DNA of 60,363 nucleotides from an uncultured Bacilli bacterium (GTDB lineage Bacteria; Bacillota_I; Bacilli_A; RF39; UBA660): NCBI GenBank assembly GCA_934169415.1, contig CAKPNP010000002.1, positions 1 to 60,363 of the forward strand, read 5' to 3'. Shown piece by piece: positions 55,583 to 60,363 of this stretch (position 1 is its first letter; each line of letters starts with the position of its first letter). The notes under the pieces were generated by a model. It saw only the letters and a program-made list of their open reading frames with translations, ran no database searches and was not told where the DNA came from. The position numbers and the translations under genes were made by a program.

Positions 55583-56560
55583 ATGGGTTTGTTTGATAAA
55601 TTTAAAAATGTATTTAGTAAAAATAAACAAGAAGATTTAAATGATTACAAAAAAGGTTTAGAAAAAACTAGAAATGAATTTGTTAATAAAATTAGTTTAT
55701 TAAATGGTAAATATAAAAAAGTAAGTGACGAATATTTTGAAGAATTAGAAGAAATTTTTATAATGGCTGATATAGGAGTTAATACTGTTATGAAGTTTAT
55801 AGATAAACTAAAAAAACGTGTTAAGTCTGAAAATATAACAGATTCTAAAGACCTAATGGATATAATAGTTGATGAGATGTTTATAATTTATGTTAACAAT
55901 GATATTATTGTAAATAAAATTAAGTATGCAGAAAATGGACCTACTGTTATATTATTTGTTGGAGTAAATGGTGTAGGTAAGACTACAAGTATTGGTAAAC
56001 TTGCTTATAAATTAAAAAATGAAGGTAAAAAAGTTTTACTAGTAGCAGGTGATACATTTAGAGCTGGAGCAAAAGAACAATTAATTTTATGGGGAGAGAA
56101 AACAAATACTACTGTTTTTTCTAAGGATTCTACTGATGCAGCAAGTGTTATATATGATGGTATAGATAAAGCAATAAAAGAAAATTACGATGTTGTTTTA
56201 ATAGATACAGCAGGAAGACTTCAAAATAAAGTTAATTTAATGAATGAACTTTCTAAAATAAATAAAGTAATAAATAAACTAATACCGGGTTCTCCTCATG
56301 AAACTTTACTTGTAATAGATGCAACAACTGGTCAAAATGGTATATCTCAAGCTAAAAATTTTAAAGAAATTACTGATATAACTGGTATTATACTAACTAA
56401 ATTAGATGGAACAGCAAAAGGTGGTATTGTACTTGCAATAAAAGAAAATGTTGGTATTCCTGTTAAATATATAGGATTGGGTGAAAAAGAAGATGACTTT
56501 AAAGTATTTGATATAGAAAGTTATATATATGGATTATTTGGAGGAGAAAATGAAAAATAA
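55583..56560 (+). CDS. ftsY: signal recognition particle receptor FtsY
   Basis: GVNGVGKTTSIGKLA, DTAGRLQNK, TKLDGTAKGG. Confidence 0.95.
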   Translation: MGLFDKFKNVFSKNKQEDLNDYKKGLEKTRNEFVNKISLLNGKYKKVSDEYFEELEEIFIMADIGVNTVMKFIDKLKKRVKSENITDSKDLMDIIVDEMFIIYVNNDIIVNKIKYAENGPTVILFVGVNGVGKTTSIGKLAYKLKNEGKKVLLVAGDTFRAGAKEQLILWGEKTNTTVFSKDSTDAASVIYDGIDKAIKENYDVVLIDTAGRLQNKVNLMNELSKINKVINKLIPGSPHETLLVIDATTGQNGISQAKNFKEITDITGIILTKLDGTAKGGIVLAIKENVGIPVKYIGLGEKEDDFKVFDIESYIYGLFGGENEK

Positions 56561-56813
56561 AAATTTTAAATTAGATATAAATACTACAGAACAAATTACT
56601 ATGCTACTTCAAGTAGCACTTGCTATTTATGCATTTTCATTTGCTATAGCTTCATTTTTTGAAAAGGAATTTTTTGTAATATCTGAAATATTAGTTGGTA
56701 TATTAATGTTTGTAATAGCATATAATAACCAAAAATTATATAAAAGAAAATACATGACTCCAATATATATTGGATTAGGTATAATAATAATAGCAACCGT
56801 TTTATTTGTATAA
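56550..56813 (+). CDS. small membrane protein (87 aa, 3 predicted TM helices)
   Basis: ATG 56550 follows GGAGGAG. Hydrophobic segments are ITMLLQVALAIYAFSFAIASFF, VISEILVGILMFVIAY and IYIGLGIIIIATVLFV. Confidence 0.55.
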   Translation: MKNKNFKLDINTTEQITMLLQVALAIYAFSFAIASFFEKEFFVISEILVGILMFVIAYNNQKLYKRKYMTPIYIGLGIIIIATVLFV

Positions 56814-57103
56814 TGAATCATAATATTTATTTATGTGATTTATATGATTATTACAAAGAATTACTAACTGATAAGCAAAAAATGTATTTTGAAGATTATT
56901 ATTTTGATAATTTAACTTTGTCTGAATTATCAGAAAATTATAATGTATCAAGAAATGCTATTCATAAGACTTTAAAAGAAATAGAGTCAAAACTTAATAC
57001 TTTTGAAAATAAATTAAATTTATATAAAAACAGAGAAAAAATAAAAGATATAATTTCATCTTTAGATGATGATATAAAAAAAAGAATAAATGAGCTAATA
57101 TAA
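56813..57103 (+). CDS. ylxM: YlxM/UPF0122 family putative DNA-binding protein
   Basis: LTDKQKMYFEDYYFDNLTLSELSENYNVSRNAIHKTLKE (sigma-70 region-4-like HTH). It follows ftsY as in Bacilli. Confidence 0.85.
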   Translation: MNHNIYLCDLYDYYKELLTDKQKMYFEDYYFDNLTLSELSENYNVSRNAIHKTLKEIESKLNTFENKLNLYKNREKIKDIISSLDDDIKKRINELI

Positions 57104-57116
57104 ATTTATTCTTTTT

Positions 57117-57359
57117 TTAAACTTCAACTTTATTTTTATATAATTGTTCAATATTAATATCTAGTGCTTTAGCTAATTTATAGCATGTATTAAAAGTTAT
57201 ATTTTTAAACTCTTTCCCTGATTCTATTTGTTTGATATAAGAAACACTTAAATCTGATTTTTCAGCTAGTTGTTCTTGAGTTAAATTAAGTTTTTTTCTA
57301 TAGTATTTAATATTTTTTATAAAATTAATATATTCGTTATCCAATTTTATCACTTCCAA
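57117..57359 (-). CDS. XRE-family HTH regulator (80 aa)
   Basis: IKYYRKKLNLTQEQLAEKSDLSVSYIKQIESGKE. Confidence 0.8.
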   Translation of the reverse strand: MEVIKLDNEYINFIKNIKYYRKKLNLTQEQLAEKSDLSVSYIKQIESGKEFKNITFNTCYKLAKALDINIEQLYKNKVEV

Positions 57360-57400
57360 ATTATATATGTATATTTTCTCATAAATTTATATATTTTACA

Positions 57401-57429
57401 GTACACCAATGGTGCACTTATGGTATAAT
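57401..57429 (+). promoter_or_regulatory. operator-like palindrome plus extended -10 between the divergent XRE genes
   Basis: GTACACCA-a-TGGTGCAC (7 of 8 positions pair) lies immediately upstream of TGgTATAAT (57421-57429). Confidence 0.4.
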
Positions 57430-57447
57430 GATGTAAAGGAGAGTTTT

Positions 57448-57657
57448 ATGTTAAAGTTAAAAGAATTAAGATTAAAAAAAGGTTATACTGCAAAAGAAAT
57501 GGCAGAGATGTTAAATATTAGTCGTGCGTTTTATAGTCAAATAGAAAATGAAAAAAGGACTCTTACTTATAAAATGGCTGTTAATATATCTGATATTTTG
57601 GGTAAAAAGCCTGATGATATATTCTATAAAGAATTTGTAGAAAAAATGAAAAAATGA
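57448..57657 (+). CDS. XRE-family HTH regulator (69 aa)
   Basis: LKELRLKKGYTAKEMAEMLNISRAFYSQIENEKR. ATG 57448 follows AAGGAGAG. Confidence 0.8.
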   Translation: MLKLKELRLKKGYTAKEMAEMLNISRAFYSQIENEKRTLTYKMAVNISDILGKKPDDIFYKEFVEKMKK

Positions 57658-57677
57658 ATATTAAATATTCTTTTTTT
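57656..57677 (+). terminator. weak AT-only hairpin plus T7
   Basis: GAATATT-a-AATATTC followed by TTTTTTT. Confidence 0.35.
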
Positions 57678-57704
57678 GTGCTATTATAGTTTTAGGTGAT
57701 TTAT

Positions 57705-58964
57705 ATGATTAGTTTACTTCCTTTAGATAATTTCGTAGTTATAAATAAATCAATTTTAACAATAGAAGATAGCAAGAATTTAATTTTATTATATCAACCT
57801 ATAATTGGTAGTATTTCAGTTAGTTTGTATTTAACTTTATGGAGTTATTTAGATAATAAAATTAATTCAAAAGGAAATACTCATAGTGATCTAGTTTTAG
57901 ATATGCAGCTAAAACTTGAAGATATAAAAGAAGCACGTGAAAAATTAGAAGCTATTGGTTTAATTAAAACATATTTAAAAAAAGGGGACATTAATAATTA
58001 TATCTATGAATTATATAATCCTTTAACGGCACATGAATTTTTAGATAATCCAATTTTAAATGCAGCACTTTATAATAATATTTCTAAGGAAGAATATAAA
58101 AGAATTGTTGATAATTATGTATATCCTAAAATGGATTTTAAACAGTATAGTGATATATCAGTAAGTTTTAAAGAGATATTTTCATTTGAAGCTTCTAGTA
58201 AACAGACAAATAAAAATATTAAAAAAATTAATCATTTAGGACTAACTTTTGAACCAAATATAGATTTTAATGAAGTTTTATCTTTAATACCTGAGGAGAT
58301 GCTTAATGTAAGAAGTATTACTAAAGACATTAAAGAGAAAATATATGAACTATCATTTATATATAATTTTGATAATGAAACAATGAGTGGTATTATAAAA
58401 AATAGTTGTGAAGATAGAAGATTAAGTTTAGATTTATTAAAAGAAAATTGTAAAAACTATTATACGTTTGAAAATAAAGGTGCTATTCCTAAATTAATAT
58501 ACAATACACAGCCTATTTACTTAAGACAAGATAAAGTCGAAAATACTAGATTATCTAAGATAATAAGTCAGTTTGAATCATATAAACCAATTGAATTTTT
58601 AGAAAGCAAACAAGGCAGTAAGCCAACAGAAACAGATGTTTTAATATTAGAAGATTTACTTTCAAATAAAAAATTGATGCCTGGTGTTGTAAATGTATTA
58701 ATAGATTATGTTCTTAAAATAAATAATAATAGATTAAATAAAAAATTTGTAGAACAAATTGCAGTGCAGTGGAAACGAAGTAATATTGAAACAGTAGCAG
58801 ATGCGATTAAATTCGCACAAGATGAATACGATAGAAAAAATAATAAAAAGACTATAGTTCAAAGTAGAAAAGTACCATCATGGGTTGGAAAAGATATAAA
58901 AGAAGAGTATTTATCAGATAGTGAACTAGAGGAACTTGAAAGAAAATTAAGAGGTGAAGAATGA
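57705..58964 (+). CDS. dnaB: B. subtilis-type DnaB replication initiation / helicase-loading protein (not the replicative helicase)
   Basis: DnaB_2/DnaD-like repeat LMPGVVNVLIDYVLKINNNRLNKKFVEQIAVQWKRSNIETVADAIKF. It is coupled to dnaI. ATG 57705 follows AGGTGAT. Confidence 0.8.
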   Translation: MISLLPLDNFVVINKSILTIEDSKNLILLYQPIIGSISVSLYLTLWSYLDNKINSKGNTHSDLVLDMQLKLEDIKEAREKLEAIGLIKTYLKKGDINNYIYELYNPLTAHEFLDNPILNAALYNNISKEEYKRIVDNYVYPKMDFKQYSDISVSFKEIFSFEASSKQTNKNIKKINHLGLTFEPNIDFNEVLSLIPEEMLNVRSITKDIKEKIYELSFIYNFDNETMSGIIKNSCEDRRLSLDLLKENCKNYYTFENKGAIPKLIYNTQPIYLRQDKVENTRLSKIISQFESYKPIEFLESKQGSKPTETDVLILEDLLSNKKLMPGVVNVLIDYVLKINNNRLNKKFVEQIAVQWKRSNIETVADAIKFAQDEYDRKNNKKTIVQSRKVPSWVGKDIKEEYLSDSELEELERKLRGEE

Positions 58965-59854
58965 TTAATGTAGGTAAAAATCTAAGTGTAGATAATAAAC
59001 TTTTAAAAGAATACTATAATGAAGCTATGGAAGATCCTAACTTTAAATTATTAGTATCAAAATTAAATTGTGATGAGAACTTATTAATGAAATATACTTC
59101 ATTTTTAAAAGAAAGTGCTAATGAATTTAATAATTGTGTTAATTGTAAATGCTTAGGCGAGTGTAAAAATTCTTTATTAGGTCATGCTTACTTGCCTCGT
59201 ATAGTTGAAGGAATGCTTGAATTTAATTATAAAAAATGTAGGTATTTGAAAAAACAAGATAAATTGTATTCTTATCAAAAAAATATAATTTATTATAATG
59301 TAAGTAGTGAAAATAAATTAGCTGATATTAATAAAATAGATAAAAGAATTAAAGGTAGAGAAGATGCTATAATTAAGGTTAATTCGTTTTTAAAAGCATT
59401 TCCTGATACTAAGGGAATATATCTATCTGGAAATACAGGAAGTGGCAAAACATATATAATGATGGCTTTAGTAAACGAACTTGCTAAGAAAAATATCAAA
59501 TGTGCTGTAGCCTTTTGGCCTGATTTTTTAAGAAATTTAAAAAATTCTTTTGATACTGATTATATGGAAAAGATAGAATATCTTATGAATGTAAAAGTAT
59601 TATTTATAGATGATCTAGGTGGAGAAGCACTAACTCCATGGGCAAGAGATGAAGTTTTATTTCCAATATTACAAGGGAGATTAGATGACAAAGAAAAATA
59701 TACTTTAATTACTTCTAATTTAGATAAAGATTTACTTTATGAGCATTTATCACTTACTAAACAAGGCGTAGAAGTTGTTAAAGCAGAAAGAATTATTTCT
59801 AGAATAAATGGATTAACAGATTTTGTTAGTATGATTAGTAAAGATTTAAGATAA
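58961..59854 (+). CDS. dnaI: primosomal helicase loader DnaI
   Basis: N-terminal Cys-rich zinc module (CVNCKCLGEC), Walker A GNTGSGKTY, Walker B LFIDDLG. Confidence 0.9.
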   Translation: MINVGKNLSVDNKLLKEYYNEAMEDPNFKLLVSKLNCDENLLMKYTSFLKESANEFNNCVNCKCLGECKNSLLGHAYLPRIVEGMLEFNYKKCRYLKKQDKLYSYQKNIIYYNVSSENKLADINKIDKRIKGREDAIIKVNSFLKAFPDTKGIYLSGNTGSGKTYIMMALVNELAKKNIKCAVAFWPDFLRNLKNSFDTDYMEKIEYLMNVKVLFIDDLGGEALTPWARDEVLFPILQGRLDDKEKYTLITSNLDKDLLYEHLSLTKQGVEVVKAERIISRINGLTDFVSMISKDLR

Positions 59855-59882
59855 CAAGAAACTAATTTTTCTTGTTTTTTTG
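59853..59882 (+). terminator. Rho-independent terminator of dnaI
   Basis: AACAAGAAA, 6-nt loop, TTTCTTGTT plus T-run. Confidence 0.75.
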
Positions 59883-60052
59883 CATTTTTTTAAAAAAATT
59901 TGCTCTAAAAAAAGTATTAGAAAGTATATTAGATATCAAAATAAATGATATAAATATTTAAGAAAGAAGTTTATAGAAAAAGGGTGTAATTTAGATTTGT
60001 ATATAAAATCAAAAGATTTATTTAGATATAGAAGTAAGTATAAACTAAAAAT

Positions 60053-60130
60053 ATGCTTAAAATGAGATTAGATAATGTGTTAATATCTAAAGCAACTGGT
60101 TTAAGTATAAAAGAAATAATAAAACTATAA
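60053..60130 (+). pseudogene. possible gene remnant (25-codon ORF resembling the C-terminal tail of Rpn/YhgA-like transposase-related proteins)
   Basis: MLKMRLDNVLISKATGLSIKEIIKL*. The ...ATGLSxxEI..L ending is typical of that family, but the upstream frames are closed. This is pattern recognition only. Confidence 0.15.
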
Positions 60131-60286
60131 TAATAAAACATCAATAAAATTTGATAGCTTTTTATTATTGAATAGTATCATAAAATATGATATTATTTTA
60201 ATAGATAAAAATAATTAGTGGGTAAAATAATTCACAAATTTTAAAAATTTTGAGGTGTGAATATGAAATTAACAAATAGTATCCCT

Positions 60287-60296
60287 GGGGGGGGGG
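60287..60296 (+). repeat. G10 homopolymer
   Basis: Ten consecutive G in an otherwise very AT-rich non-coding tail, 67 nt from the window end. Confidence 0.9.
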
Positions 60297-60363
60297 TTAA
60301 AAATATATTATAATGATCCCTAATCGTATATTTTGATATTTAAAGTATAATAATAAATTATAT

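Noticed and set aside
57117-57657. Divergent XRE pair as a prophage lysis-lysogeny switch.
   Set aside because: No integrase, phage replication, structural or lysis genes flank it. The neighbours are ylxM and dnaB-dnaI.
60263-60312. G10 tract as a phase-variable switch for the ORF starting at ATG 60263 (MKLTNSIPGGGVKNIL*).
   Set aside because: All three frames stop within a few codons after the tract, so slippage cannot open a gene. Its position 67 nt from the window end makes a poly-G read or assembly artefact at least as likely.
1-60363. Mollicutes-type code 4 (TGA = Trp), suspected because of the extreme AT content.
   Set aside because: TGA terminates well-defined genes (RDD protein 6194-6196, recU 17774-17776, the 33064 gene at 34282-34284). 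All conserved proteins are full length under the standard code.
1-60363. CRISPR arrays, tRNA/rRNA genes, IS elements.
   Set aside because: No regularly spaced direct repeats, no tRNA-like GTTCGAATC/T-loop contexts, and no transposase- or integrase-like ORFs were seen. AT-rich low-complexity runs are irregular.

Overview
This 60.4-kb window comes from a very AT-rich Bacillota-type chromosome (roughly 25-30% G+C by eye, not computed). It reads in the standard genetic code: TGA acts as a stop, for example at 6194-6196. Most of the window is housekeeping DNA in Bacillus-like order: hup, a short cca-like nucleotidyltransferase, gpmI, dus-RDD-lysS, ackA, nrnA, dnaD-nth facing ponA-recU, gpsB-rnpB (RNase P RNA), and rodZ-like-pgsA-recA with a perfect Cheo/LexA box. 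It continues with rny, polA, a CDF transporter, a Ser T-box leader-GNAT-serS unit, an M16 peptidase pair, RNase J, ftsY-ylxM and dnaB(loader)-dnaI. Ribosome-binding sites are mostly AGGTGAT or GGAGG 5-8 nt upstream of the start, so many ORF-track starts were trimmed. The clear accessory block is a type VIIb (WXG100/EssC) secretion island at about 34.3-47.8 kb. It holds a frame-broken XRE/zinc-ribbon regulator, a YukD/EsaB-like protein, two canonical WXG100 proteins and three divergent WXG-like helper candidates. These are followed by a 1911-aa multi-module toxin-like cargo ending in a papain-fold Cys/His domain, a candidate immunity protein and a 1534-aa EssC. No EssA, EssB or EsaA membrane component is encoded in cis. 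Other points worth a second look:
- an orphan HerA/FtsK-type ATPase inserted antisense between recA and rny;
- a 674-aa Cys-rich secreted protein ending in a VirB2/TrbC-like membrane hairpin;
- an operon of an HExxH protein, a PP-loop protein and a MurD-like ligase (candidate MurL/MurD2-type D-Glu route);
- a GNAT gene placed between the Ser T-box and serS;
- a 220-aa head-and-neck-only CCA-type nucleotidyltransferase.
No tRNA, rRNA, CRISPR array or intact mobile element was seen. All family assignments come from motif recognition by eye; no database search was run.
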